NCBI RefSeq assembly: GCF_018350175.1
Contig: NC_058374.1
Location: forward strand, 123,256,001 to 123,320,000
Length of the DNA stretch: 64,000 bases
Origin: Felis catus
Lineage: Eukaryota
Reading direction: 5' to 3'
Position numbers and translations under genes: made by a program. Of the stretch, positions 11,795 through 24,374 are shown one piece after another. The stretch's first letter is position 1, and every line of letters begins with the position of its first letter. Under the pieces are notes generated by a model, which ran no database searches, was not told the origin of the DNA, and saw only the letters and a list, made by a program, of their open reading frames with translations.

Positions 11795-12300
11795 ACGTGT
11801 TGCGTAAGAGCTATTTGATATCTAAGGAGACTTCTCAGTCTTTTTTCTAAGCCTTTTATTTGGCTTCAGGAAATCACATTTTCTTCGCGTTCAGCAGGAC
11901 TGGAAGCAGGGAGGCCTAGATCTGGTTCTAAAGGCACTCACAAAACCAGCAGAAGTTTGGGTACTGGCAAAATAAATTGCTCTGCTCGGTTACAGAAACA
12001 GACAAGTGAAAATGCTGACGAGTGAAAAATTCAAGGATATCATCTGAGGTGGGACACCATAGGTTAATTACATCTACTTTGCCATTAGTAATGTCATCAA
12101 CACGTACATTTCTGCTTTGTAAGAGACTAATTGTAGTGGATTAAATGACAAAAGACTAATAAAAACATTCATCACATTTTGCACATGGAAAAATATGTCA
12201 TAGACTAAAGTGATTCTGAGTTTAGTCCAAAATGACACTGTAACTTGTTGAAAACACTACTATGCTGAGTCATATAATGAGTTCCTGGGTCATGTGACAC
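11795..12300. promoter_or_regulatory. Putative enhancer: C/EBP-like site, ARE/MARE and M-box
   Basis: TTGCGTAA at 11800-11807, TGCTGAGTCAT at 12263-12273 and GTCATGTGAC at 12289-12298 in repeat-free DNA. Confidence 0.3.
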
Positions 12301-12529
12301 TGGTGAAAAATATGTAGGAGAAATTACATAGAAGAAGAGACATTCCCTTTAGATCATAAGAGAATCCAGTAATTATGGAGGATAATTTGGTGCTTTAGGG
12401 CAAAAGTTTAGTTCGAAATTTGAGTTTTTGATCAATCACTGACATTTTCTAGAAGAGTTATAATAAATTAGTAACATCAAAGTAAAGCCAGTTATCTGTG
12501 AGTGGTTTATAACAACATACTGGTGTATA

Positions 12530-12920
12530 ATCACAACATTTACTGAGCACTTATGGTTCAGGCACTGTGCTAAATGCTATCTATAAATGATTGCATTTAA
12601 TTCTCACATAATCCTATGAAATAAGTGCTATTATTTAGTTTTTAATGTTTATTTATTTTGGGGAGAGACAGAGAAAGGAGGGAGTGAGAGAGAGAGAGAG
12701 AATGTGTGGGAGAGGGACAGATAGAGAGGGAGACAGAGGATCCGAAGTGGGCTCTGTGCTGACACCAGTGAACCCGATATGGGGCTCAAACTCACGAACC
12801 ACAAGATCATAACCGGAGTTGAAATCGGATGCTCAACCTACTGAGCCACCCAGGTGCCCTGGATGCTATTATTTTTACACTCATTTTTTTTCTAATGAGT
12901 AAAATGAGGTCCAACAATTT
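12530..12920 (-). mobile_element. MIR interrupted by a Can-SINE
   Basis: aacatttactgagcac...atcctatgaaataagtgctattatt resembles antisense MIR. Confidence 0.75.
12637..12859 (-). mobile_element. Can-SINE
   Basis: TSD tgctattattt. Confidence 0.95.
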
Positions 12921-13723
12921 AAAGGGAAAAAGACTATCGGGTCAGGTATGGCTATTTCAATCATCTCTTACATTAGTGCGATATATTTTTTTCATAGGAC
13001 ATGATTAATATACTCCATTTTATGAATAATATAATATTTGCGCATAAATATTCTAGGTAATGTAAGGAGTTGGATGTTATGAACTAAGACCAGGTATCAT
13101 CTCAGTTACGACAGTCTTAAATACTGCAAGCCGCGTTTCGTAGCCTTATTCTTGTCTAGCTGATCTTTGCCAAAATGTCCCTCCTTGCACTAGCTGGGAA
13201 ATGTATCTTATTTGTCTAACGCTTCCCCGGGTCTGACAGTTCTTTGATCCTTAAGGAACATGGCAATTGGAAGGAGACTCACAAACGAGTTAAATTTTCC
13301 CTTAAGGATGACATAAGGAGTCCCAAACCTAGAATGTTAGGAGAGCCAGTGCCTCAGTGGTATGCTTCTGGGAAAGTGGAAGTTGAATTCTAGAGGGTAC
13401 ATTCTACTTACACTTTTTGTTGTTGTTATCCAACTCCTAGCACAGTGCCTGGCAGGTAGCAGGTCCTCGGCAAGTTTTTGTTGAAAGAGAGGATGAACAC
13501 ATGACTAAATAAGAAATAGACGTCTTCGTATTTCCTAGCCACGAGGTGGACATCAATAAAAACACATATGAGATGGTTTGTGATTTGGGTCCCTGAGGTC
13601 TCTGCTTCTGTGTCAACTTGTATGTGGAGAGTTAACTCTGTTAACTCTGTTAGCAGCGTGAGAACTACCCCTTTCCTTTTGCAACCAAAGCAGTACTAGG
13701 GTCAAGAGTTCTGTCGTGGAGTT

Positions 13724-14230
13724 TGTGATAGCCACCTCTCAGGTGGCCCCTGGTGATTCTTTCCTCCCGTATTTTTGCTCCTGTGTAGTCCCCTCCCATG
13801 CTGAGTAGGGCTGACCTAAGAGCCAACAAAATGTTGAAGAAAGTTTGTTGTACGACTCCTAACACTGGGTCATAAAAGGCATCATGGCTTCCACCTTGTT
13901 CTCTCTTAGGGAATTGTGGGAAGCAGTCACCTCGTGTGAGGACACTTGGGCAGCCCAGTACAGAGATCTCTGTGATGGGACAGTGAAGGGTCAGTGGGAC
14001 AGTCACGTGAGTGAGTTCTCAGAACAGATCTCTCAGCTCCGCAAGCTTCAGGTGACTGCAGCGTTGGCTGACATCTTGACAACAAACCCATGCGAGGCCC
14101 TGAGCCAGAAGCACGCACCTCAGCTGCTCCTGAGCTCCTGACCCACAAAATCTGAGTCCAAAAAAAGGTCTATTATTGCCCTCAGCTGCTAAATTTTGAG
14201 GTAAGTCCTTTGTCAGTGATAGCTAATACA
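13724..14230 (+). mobile_element. MaLR solo LTR (MLT1D/E-like)
   Basis: Termini tgtgatagcc...gctaataca; 5-bp TSD gagt(t/c). Confidence 0.85.
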
Positions 14231-14446
14231 GAGTCATATCGAGTGACACAGAGTTGTTGACTCGGACATTTAAGAAAATAAATATATGATATCATGTGGT
14301 ACCTCGTTCTATTGCTTATCTTTTTCGATTTGTATTGGTCCATCGCAAACCAGTCAATGAGACTCCAATCTTTCATATAAGAATTAGGCCTAACGGTATC
14401 TTTTCCTAGTGATGTTTCACATGGTCTGGGTGCAATTTGTGGAGAT

Positions 14447-14469
14447 TGTGTGTGTGTGTGTGTGTGTGT
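14447..14469. repeat. (TG)n microsatellite
   Basis: Seen directly. Confidence 0.9.
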
Positions 14470-14512
14470 TAAAGGTCCCTAGTAAAAAAAAAAAAATTAA
14501 AAAAAAAAAAAA

Positions 14513-14740
14513 GGGGGCACCTGGGTGGCTCAGTTGGTTAAGCATCCGACTTCAGCTCAGGTCATGATCTCATGGTTCATGGGTTCAAGCCCCGCATTGG
14601 GCTCTGTGCTGGCAGCTCAGAGCCTGGAGCCCGCTTCAGATTCTGTGCCTCCCTCTCTCTCTGCCCCTCCCCTGTTCACACTGTCTCTCTCTGTCTCTCA
14701 AAAATAAATAAATGTAAAAAAAAAAAAATTTAAAAAAAAA
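14513..14740 (+). mobile_element. Can-SINE with A-tracts on both sides
   Basis: Full SINE; outer TSD aaag(g/t)tccctagt at 14471-14483 and 14738-14750. Confidence 0.95.
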
Positions 14741-15444
14741 GTTCCCTAGTGATTTCAATTCATAACGAAAATAATTCTGAGACATCATGAAAATTGGATC
14801 CTGGTGTCAGGTTTACTCTGTGACAATGGTCAAGACATTTTAGCTCTCGGCATTGTAAAATTGAGAATCTCTTTTAGCTAAAAGTTTTATGAATAAGATA
14901 TAGCAACCAAACAAAACCAGGCCTGACAATGGTGATCGGCCACCCTCGGACTTAAAATGTGGGTACTTGGAACATCAGCATGTCCCTGATGGACACAAAA
15001 GAGGTTTTGGTTTAAGGTGAGCACGTGGGCAAAAATACCCCAAAAGTCTCTGGCACGTAACTGCCACTGCGCACTGTGTTAGAAGGCAGAGCAGCTGCCG
15101 TGGCTCCCAAACAACAGCAAGGTAGCAAGTCGTCAGTGTAGACAAACTATTTGGAGATTGCCTACCAACACCTGAAGTTTTCATTTTCCACGGCCTGTTG
15201 GGCGAGAGTGGGATCTGATGTGCGAGGGAGGGGAATACACGTGTTCCTGGCATCGGCCCGATTTCTCAGCTCCGTGGAGGAACATGTCTGCCCACACGAG
15301 ACACAAACGGCAGTGGCACCTTGTGACATCATGTGGGACGTGGGGGGAGGCATGGTCACCACTAAATTAACTGCGTGTGCCTTGGGGAGTTTCAGACAAT
15401 ATGAAGGCTACCTATAAGAAGCACAGACTGAAATTATTGTTATA

Positions 15445-15662
15445 TAGGCAGCTCGAATCCTTTCTCCGACACTAACCGGATGTATGGCTTTAGGTAAATT
15501 ATTTAGTTACTTTAAGTGTCATTTTCTGTAGATGGGTCTACATCGAGCAGTGTCTACCCTATAGGGGTGTTGAAGGATGTAACAATCCACGTAAAGCATC
15601 AAGCACAATGTCTAGCACACTGTGCCGTCTAAATGACACCTATATCATAATAACTATTATTA
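15445..15662 (+). mobile_element. MIR
   Basis: ctcgaatcc...ggctttaggtaaattattt...ccctataggggtgttgaagg resembles MIR. Confidence 0.7.
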
Positions 15663-17532
15663 CAATTTCACTCTTGACCCAAGTGGTTTGAAGAAAGGCT
15701 TTGGAAATGGGTTTTTTGGTGGGGAGATACCTAGGTTTCGACCAGGAGTTATAGAATATTTATAAATCCTGTCTCTAAACCAGACCAGACAGAAGTCTTT
15801 CACAACAAGCCAGGCAGAAAGCTAAAAAGCCACGTATGATTTGGGGCAGACTTATTTCACTGGGACCAATGGATAACTTTTGTTCCTGCAAGGGGAGGGC
15901 GCTTCCTGTGAGAGACAGTAATGTCATTATTCATGCAGTAAGCCAGCCCACTTCAACTGCTGATCNNNNNNNNNNNNNNNNNNNNNNNNNNNNNNNNNNN
16001 NNNNNNNNNNNNNNNNNNNNNNNNNNNNNNNNNNNNNNNNNNNNNNNNNNNNNNNNNNNNNNNNNNNNNNNNNNNNNNNNNNNNNNNNNNNNNNNNNNNN
16101 NNNNNNNNNNNNNNNNNNNNNNNNNNNNNNNNNNNNAAAGAGGAAAACAAAGCTTGCAAATTCTAGCACATTCATGTGGGATTGGGAGCTGAATTAGGAT
16201 CCTCACACCCCATTGAATGATCAGCCCCCNNNNNNNNNNNNNNNNNNNNNNNNNNNNNNNNNNNNNNNNNNNNNNNNNNNNNNNNNNNNNNNNNNNNNNN
16301 NNNNNNNNNNNNNNNNNNNNNNNNNNNNNNNNNNNNNNNNNNNNNNNNNNNNNNNNNNNNNNNNNNNNNAGTTTTTTTCCCCCCGGTTTAAATAAAAAAG
16401 GATACAAGAACAGATATTTCTTTGGGGTCACAGAACGCTCTCAGAGTCCATTATATCTTCTACTTATTTTCTGTTTTTGTGTCTGGTATGGCAATATGAT
16501 AGGGGAGCTGTCCTCTTTTTGGTTTGGGATAGAAATAGGAGAAAGAAACAGAACAAATGTAAAGTTTCATCCAAATAAAAATTCTAATGTTAGTAAAAGA
16601 GTGCAAATCTAGAATTAATCTGCAAACTGGGATTATTCGATTGTCAGGCACAAGTACGGTGATCGAGGCATAGATTCTTGTTACTGGTGCATCGTTTGAC
16701 AAGCCTAGAGATCTATTGTCCTTTATTTTCAAGACATTTGGGGCTGCCATCTACCTTCTGCCTTTAAAAACCCACAGAACAATAATGTGTTTCATTCGAA
16801 ATCACGTTTTCCCCTAAATGAACCGTATCACTCATTGAATGCACGATGTTGGGTTTTTTTTTTTACAAGATTAATTCTGCCCTTCCTGGGAGGGAAAGTG
16901 TCTTTTAAAGTCTTTCACCTAGTGGTGTGTCAAATTCCATACTTTAAAAGAGCATCTATGAGAGAGGGCACTGAGGAGTTGGATGTCATCAATAGGACTG
17001 TGACAGATGCTGTAATGGTAACTGGTCAGAGCACGGGAAGAGAAGAGTCAATGCACAAAGAAAAGCAAATTATTTTTTGCATGTCTTGTTTTTGTTTGCT
17101 GGAGGATGGCTTCCTCTGATTCTAGCATTTCTTGGGGGACATCATAAAGGATTTTGGTTTCCTACAGTAGCTACTGGCCTGCAGGGATTCCTAATACTTC
17201 TCAGCCACTAGTCCAAGCCATCAGAGAGGAGAGCAGGAAGCACATGAGTTTTTCCTACCATCTACCTTTTGGTAGAACTTCCCCCTCCAGGTTCTTTTAA
17301 CATGTAGGAAGCTCATAATAGAAGGAATCTCAGATGCTTTTGTTAAATTGCGGGAAGAAAGACAAAATTTGAATTTGGGATTTTGTGACCTTCTCTTAGC
17401 CAAGAGTACCTGGGGTTTCCAGTCACTGGGATATTATGACACGAAAATACTCACAGCTGGGTCTGTTAACCGAAATCTTAATGACACTGAGCTGCAGCAT
17501 CTATGACTGTAACAACAAAAGAATGCATTTTT

Positions 17533-17740
17533 AAAAAATGTTTTTAATGTTTATTTATTTTTGAGACAGAGAGAGACAGAGCGTGAGCAGGGAAGGGGCA
17601 GAGAGAGAGGGAGACACAGAATGTGAAGCAGGCTCCAAGCTGTTAGCACAGAGCCCGACGCGGGGCTTGAACTCACGAACTGTGAGATCATGACCTGAGC
17701 CAAAGTCAGACACTTAACCTACTGAGCCACCCAGGGGCCC
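17533..17740 (-). mobile_element. Can-SINE
   Basis: 17-bp TSD caaaagaatgcattttt. Confidence 0.97.
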
Positions 17741-18029
17741 CAAAAGAATGCATTTTTTACAGCAATTCACAACTCATCTGAGACATTCTTTCTCCAAATG
17801 CTATTTATTTATTGAATGACTTCAGTGAAATGTATTCTCCTGCCTCCCCAACACCCACCGCCTCCTACCTTGCACCCATCCGGTCAGTACTGATTGAATA
17901 TCATGAAGTACCAATGGAATCATTCTCAAGTCTTTGTTGCCACCAGTTTTGAAAAAGGTTGTATTATGGGATAATTATAGATTTGAATAATTGGTTACTG
18001 TGCAACCAAGATTATTACAGGGATGTCTC

Positions 18030-18720
18030 AGTAGCCAAATCCTGTTTACAGCCCTCAAGCCCCTTGACCTTGTTCTAGTGAACAGCTCTTGCCTCTCTGT
18101 CCAGAACCACTCAGCCTGACGCCTTTGTGATGTGTCACCATCTTGGTTCTCCTCCTATTTCCCTTGTCTTTTATTTTTTTTAAAAACATTTATTTATTTT
18201 TGAGACAGAGAGAGACAGAGCACGAACGGGGGAGGGTCAGAGAGAGAGGGAGACACAGAATCTGAAACAGGCTCCAGGCTCTGAGCTGTCAGCACAGATC
18301 CTGATGCGGGGCTCGAACTCAAAGACCGCGAGATCATGACCCGAGCTGAAGTCGGCCGCCCAACCGACTGAGCCACCCAGATGCCCCCCTTCTCTTTTCT
18401 TTCTACATCTTCTGTCTTAGCAATTTATCTTCTCCTGTGATTCCTTGTGATCTCCTCTAAAAAGACAGCCCCAAATTTCGACCTCAAGTGGACACTTCTG
18501 TGGTCGTTCATTCCCAACACTTGATCTCCTCTTCCCTTGAGAATGTCTTGAGTCCCCAGATCAGCTCGACTACTTCCAAGTTAGCTGTTGTTAAACCTGC
18601 TCCCGTTTCTGTAGCATTTTCCCCTGCTAACCGGTCACCAATTGGCCATCAATATTCAAACTCTATAACATCTTACAGCAGGATATTCTGATGAACTAGA
18701 GTGTCACCCCACCCCCTCTC
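18030..18720 (+). mobile_element. L2 ORF2 fragment interrupted by a SINE
   Basis: gccaaatcc...cttggttctcctcctatttc resembles L2. Confidence 0.6.
18173..18386 (-). mobile_element. Can-SINE
   Basis: TSD ccctt(g/c)tctttt. Confidence 0.95.
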
Positions 18721-19265
18721 ACACCCAGTGCTTTTACACATACATTTTGTCTTACAGAGACCACCATTCACCTGGCAGTAAGGAGATGTCACACAGAACA
18801 AAAAAATCTTGGGTCTTCAAGTTCAAAACCAAGACTCCAAGGGAACTCATTCTGTAAACACTGAATTTGAAGCAATTTGTGGTAAATTCCAGCCCCCCCT
18901 ATCCACATCAGCTCAGTAAGGATATCTTGGGTTGAAGGGAAAAATGATCAGACCAGAGGGGTAAATAGGGAAAGAAGTCTGTGAGCTCTAGGACAAAGAG
19001 ACCAGGATTGAGCACATTGAGGATTTTCACAGCTTCCACTCCTTTGGATGTCATCCTTAGCCAGTCCTGTGAGCCTTGGAGAGCTAAGCCAGTGCTCAGG
19101 TGGAGATTCATCTCAGTGCACAGTGTACATGGCCATGCTGGCCAGTTCCATTAGTGCTTTTTCATGATGGCATCTGGTGCTCATCTATGGAGAGTAACCA
19201 GCAGAAAGGACTTGGGACTTAGGACATCAAAGTCCTAAATGACTCACTGTGACCTACTAACTTAC

Positions 19266-19345
19266 CTTTATGGGCAACCTCCTATCCCTGGCTTTGTAAA
19301 CCTCTCCCTGCCAACTATCCCTTGAAGCGGAGAATGGGCTCTGTC
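19266..19345 (-). other. Candidate 80-bp exon (unverified)
   Basis: Acceptor ctctctctaatatgcag and consensus donor AAG/gtaagt. Confidence 0.2.
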
Positions 19346-19569
19346 CTGCATATTAGAGAGAGCATGGTGGCGTGAGAGGAAAGGTTCCAAGTGTTCCTCT
19401 TAGTCAAGGCTGTGGTGGGAGAAACAACCCACCCCACGATCTCTGAAATCTGTGACCTTATTTCAACTTTGCTTGCCACTAGCCTATATGAGGTCTTTGT
19501 TACCGCCTCATTCATGCTGTATGTCATTAGTTTTTCCATCTGTCTTGCATATTGGGTCCCTTCAAGTTA

Positions 19570-20045
19570 GTTTACTGCTGAAACACCATGAGTGGTCTTC
19601 CATTTCATATTGAATCAAGTTCAAATTACTCTTACGTCTTATCTACACAGGTACTAAAAGCCAGTCTTCCCTCCCATAAGCTTTAAAGGGACCATCCATT
19701 CCTGGCTCTGTTTGAGTTCATCGACAACAGAGGTTCCTTCTTATCTCAACAGATTTCAGTTCCTTCCACTCCTGGAGGTCCGTGTAATTCATGGGTCCTT
19801 TCCCAGATATCATCCTTCTACAGCAAAAGCTAGAAGTCATCTCTTCCTCCTCTGATTCTCCACAGTGCTTTATCTGCACCTTTTTTTTCTGGCCCCTTTA
19901 CCTGTAAATATTCCATATGTACGTATTTTGTTTGCCTCTTTGATCGTACATCTCTTGAGGGCAGGAGCAAATTATGTTCAGCTCCAAAGAACCCAAGGTT
20001 GGCTTTGCCTGCTGCATAAAATTCAAGATGCATACTTGTTAGAGG
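19570..20045 (+). mobile_element. L2 3' fragment
   Basis: Pyrimidine-rich L2-like body ending catctcttgagggcaggagc...atacttgttagagg. Confidence 0.55.
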
Positions 20046-20319
20046 AAATCTAATTTTTTATTAAGTATCTGTGGTTTGTGCTATGCATCTGGTTGGACTG
20101 AGCTGTTAGTGTGTTCTGAAGGCACTTCATAGTAAAATTGTTTAATATTCAGTGCAAAAGGTGAAAAAAAGTAGAAACACTCAAAAATCAAACAGGTTAA
20201 TTTTATTACTTTGTGGACTGATTCATATCAAAGTTCAGCAAATTTTCAAATTGTGGCATTTTATTTTTGCCTTGTGCCCCACATCTTGAATTCTTTTTGA
20301 CTCTACTCTTTCACAGCCC

Positions 20320-21233
20320 AGGATCTATCAGAACATCCTTTCAGAAGCCCAGACATTCTTACCACTTGTACCACTACTTNNNNNNNNNNNNNNNNNNNNN
20401 NNNNNNNNNNNNNNNNNNNNNNNNNNNNNNNNNNNNNNNNNNNNNNNNNNNNNNNNNNNNNNNNNNNNNNNNNNNNNNNNNNNNNNNNNNNNNNNNNNNN
20501 NNNNNNNNNNNNNNNNNNNNNNNNNNNNNNNNNNNNNNNNNNNNNNNNNNNNNNNNNNNNNNNNNNNNTATCATATCATATTATGATCTCCATCACCTAG
20601 ATTACTGTAATAGCCCCCTAATTGGTCCTTTGCCCCTACAGTCTAGTTGAATACAACAGCAAAGCTGATTCTGTTAAAATGTAAGTCAGATCATGTCACA
20701 CCCCCACACAAAAGCTCCAGTGGATTCCCATCTCATTCAGAAGAGGCACAGTGTTCTTATAGTGATTTACTTGGCCTTACCTGTTCAGCCTCCAGTCCTG
20801 CCTCATCTGTGACCTCTTTTCCTGTCCCTCCATTTTCTGATGGCTCCCATCCAGTCACACTGGGGTCCTTGCTGGTTCTTGAAAACCCCAGATACTCTTG
20901 TGCCTTAAAGTCTGTGCCTGATTGCCTCTCTGGCTGCAATACCCTTCTCAGATTTGTACGGGACTGACAGCTCATCTCCTCCAAGTCCCTGTGTGGATGC
21001 AAATAAGCTCTATTCCCAACAACCTTGTTTAAAATTGTAGTTGCCTGAGGTCTCCTGACTGCCCCCCATTTATCACCTTCCAACATACAACATAATTCAC
21101 TTATTTTATTTTCTGTCTTCCTCCACTAGAATGTAAGTCCCACGAAGACAGATTTTTGTCTGGTTTGTTCAGTGGTATATCCTAAGACCATAGATTGACT
21201 TCTTTTTTTTTTTAATTTTTAATGTTTATTTAT

Positions 21234-21275
<42 letters not shown>

Positions 21276-21480
21276 CATGAGCAGGGGAGGGGCAGAGAGA
21301 GGGAAACACAGAATCCGAAGCAGATTCCAGGTTGTCAGTGCAGAGCCTGATGTGGGGCTTGAACTCATAAACTGTGAGATCATGACCTGAGCCAAAGACA
21401 GAGGCTTAACTGACTGAGCCACCCAGGTGCCCCTACTTCTAATATATAATAGCTCTCAATAAATATGGAGTAAATGAATG
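20320..21480 (+). mobile_element. L2 3' fragment (contains an N-run and a SINE)
   Basis: Peptides HLDYCNSPLIGPLPLQS and AKLILLKCKSDHVTP resemble the L2 ORF2 C-terminus; ends in ctcaataaatat...aatgaatg. Confidence 0.85.
21204..21433 (-). mobile_element. Can-SINE
   Basis: Full SINE with long (GA)n; short TSD acttct. Confidence 0.95.
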
Positions 21481-22260
21481 GTACTGTGTTAGACTTAGAA
21501 GGGAGGTCTCTACAGATTCTCTGGTCTAGCGGTTTCTCACTGGGGGGTCTCTGAAAGTCATAATAGCATCTCTTAGCACTTTCTATAATTTCCAAAAAGT
21601 CTAATAAAAACAAAAACTTGCCCATGATAAAACTGTCTAGTGTCGTGGCTCCCAAACTGTGCTAAAGACCAGGGTCATCATCTCTTCTCATCCCTTTTAT
21701 ATTACTTCACCAGGCTTTCCCCCTAGGTCTATGCAGAGTCTGTGGAGGGATTTTTGAATACATTAGATTTTGGAAGGAAAGTGATCACTCTGTGCTCTAG
21801 TGAAGAGTGTACTTTTCCTCCCCTTGTCGTGTCCTTTGGACATGGCATAATTCTTGGAACATACTTGAAAAACGCATGCTAGGTTGACTTATATAGTGAC
21901 CTTTCCACATATAGACAATAGTTCTTAACTCAGATGTATGCTGATGATAATTAATCTGACAGGGAAGTCAGAAAAACTGCCTAGTTCGCAGAAGGAAGGA
22001 ATCAGTGCTGGTTAATGTGTCAATGCGTTAAAAATTGAGTGGGTTGAACAGGTGCGCTTGGAGATAACTTTATTTCACAGAACTTCTTGTGAAATGCTAG
22101 AAAGAATGTAGCTCTAGAAAATTATATATAGGTCTCTTAGTTAAGAGAAACGTTTGATCAAGAAGTCAAAGCCTTTAACACTTTTTGTGTAGCTTATGTG
22201 TTAGGACTTGAGGATAAGGATATTTTGAATTTCATCCTAGACCATAGAAACACCAGTCTT

Positions 22261-22488
22261 GGGGCACCTGGGTGGCTCAGTCGGTTAAGTGTCCGACTTT
22301 GGCTCAGGTCATGATCATAAGGTTCATGGGTTCAAGCCCCATGTAGGGCTCTGTGCTGATAGTTCAGAGTTTGGATCCTGCTTTGGGTTCTATGTCTCCT
22401 TCTCTCTCTGCCCCTCCTCTGCTTATGCTTTGTCTCTCTCTGTCACTTAAAGGTGAATAAACGTCAGAAAACAAAATTAACAAAAAAA
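22261..22488 (+). mobile_element. Can-SINE
   Basis: TSD agaaacaccag(t/c)ct. Confidence 0.95.
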
Positions 22489-23199
22489 AGAAACACCAGC
22501 CTGATTGACCAAATCCAAGTCAGCAATCTCAGAAACGTGTTGAGTTAGTAGCCATAGTATCTAGAGTTGTACATAGAATAGTTTCAAAACTGAAAAATGA
22601 GAAATGCAGAAAAATGTCTGCATTTTGCTCTCCACANNNNNNNNNNNNNNNNNNNNNNNNNNNNNNNNNNNNNNNNNNNNNNNNNNNNNNNNNNNNNNNN
22701 NNNNNNNNNNNNNNNNNNNNNNNNNNNNNNNNNNNNNNNNNNNNNNNNNNNNNNNNNNNNNNNNNNNNNNNNNNNNGGTAATGATTTGTGACAGGGGCCC
22801 CAAATTTGATTTAAACAATTCAATTACCCTTTTTAAAGTCCCCCAAAGAAATGTGCTGCAAAGCTCTCCATTCCCCACCCAGGCGGGCAGGGACACAAAA
22901 GCTGCTCTTAATAGCAGTTCTATATTACTTACTCTGCGACAAAAACAAAACAACCCCCAACGTATTCTATTGTAGAATATCAGAGGTGGTCAGGTAGTGA
23001 AGGGCTGTTTTGGCAGGGCTTGGGGAACAGAGGATGGCATGTGCGTGAGAACAGGCAGGGTACCCTGCTAGGGATGCTGGGCTAATGTTGCCAAAGTCGC
23101 TGTGGTATCCCGAGAGACTTATTTAAGGGAATTTCCATCTGCAACAGCCCAAAGATGCAAAATAAACTTAAATTTCAGCCCTGGCCTCACAATGGAAAC

Positions 23200-23412
23200 C
23201 AATAGAAGGGTGTACTCTTTTAGGGACACCCGCTCTAAAAAGAAGCTTGAACCCTGTTTCAATGGCTCTCTAGCTCCCCTAATCTTGGGTAAATTGGTTA
23301 GGTTTTCTCCGCCTCAGTTTTTTCATGTGCAAAATGGAGATTATGGTAAGTCTTATCTCAGAGGACCCTTAGAAGGATTAAATGAGATAATTCATATAAA
23401 GTATTTATAACC
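23200..23412 (+). mobile_element. MIR
   Basis: gcctcagtttttcatgtgcaaaatggag...aggattaaatgagataat core and tail. Confidence 0.75.
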
Positions 23413-24160
23413 AAATTGTGCTTGTGAAGGTCAGAGCTAACCTACTACGGATGCTAAGGAAACTCTTTTAAAAAGCAAACCATGAATAATGTATAGTTCT
23501 TTGTTTTTCTTATTTTAATAGTGACAAAAACACTTCAAAGTCTGAGTTCTTAGCCATCATCTGGGCACTGCCTTTCAAAACCCATCCAACTCATCTCTCA
23601 CCATAACAAGGAGCAAGGGCCGTGTGCTTAACCTTCTATAATTTGGAAAAGAGAGAGCATTCTCTGATCAAAGGGGAGATTGCATCAATTAGATAGGTTT
23701 ATCTACTCAAGGGATATATATTCTTTTATTCCTTCATCCACAGAGCTAAAACCCAAGTGTGAGACCACTGTGACTGTGTGAAAGTGCTATGTGAGATAAG
23801 ACCACAAAAAATTGTTCAGTATCTGAAACAGAACAACCTTGGACATATTTCACAATTTGTTATTAAGTACACAATCTTTGCACAGGGCTGCGGCTACACC
23901 ACTCCATAGAAGGATTGCACACCATCGTGTTGCCTTATATGTTCATGGAATTAATGAAAGCAGCCAGATGGGTTTGAGTGAGTAAAGACAGTAGTCATCA
24001 GTTTGTATCTGGCACATAGTAGGCACTCAAGTATTGGAAGCTACGGTGACATTAACAATGATAACAGATGTGATGGCAAAGAAACTGTATCTTAAGAAGA
24101 AAACAAAAATAATTTGGAGACACGCTGTCTGTCAGTTACAACATGGATTTTTAAAAAAAA

Positions 24161-24374
24161 TTTTTTTTTAACGTTTATTTATTTTTTGGGGGACAGAGAG
24201 AGATAGAGCATGAACGGGGGAGGAGCAGAGAGAGAGGGAGACACAGAATCGGAAACAGTCTCCAGGCTCTGAGCCATCAGCCCAGAGCCTGACGCGGGGC
24301 TCGAACTCATGGACCGTGACATCGTGACCTGGCTGAAGTTGGACACTTAACCGACTGCGCCACCCAGGCGCCCC
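24161..24374 (-). mobile_element. Young felid SINE (SINEC_Fc-type)
   Basis: TSD tacaacatggat(t/a)tt; carries the ttcagccagg variant. Confidence 0.97.

Noticed and set aside
13665-14148. Overlapping ORFs of 73-113 aa (likewise 27579-27977, 29803-30130, 61781-62185)
   Set aside because: They fall within MaLR LTRs or the L1 5'UTR and show no protein similarity I recognise.
19266-19345. Kinase-like peptide GEVYKARD in the candidate exon
   Set aside because: It lacks the preceding GxGxxG loop and no other kinase subdomain is nearby; likely chance.
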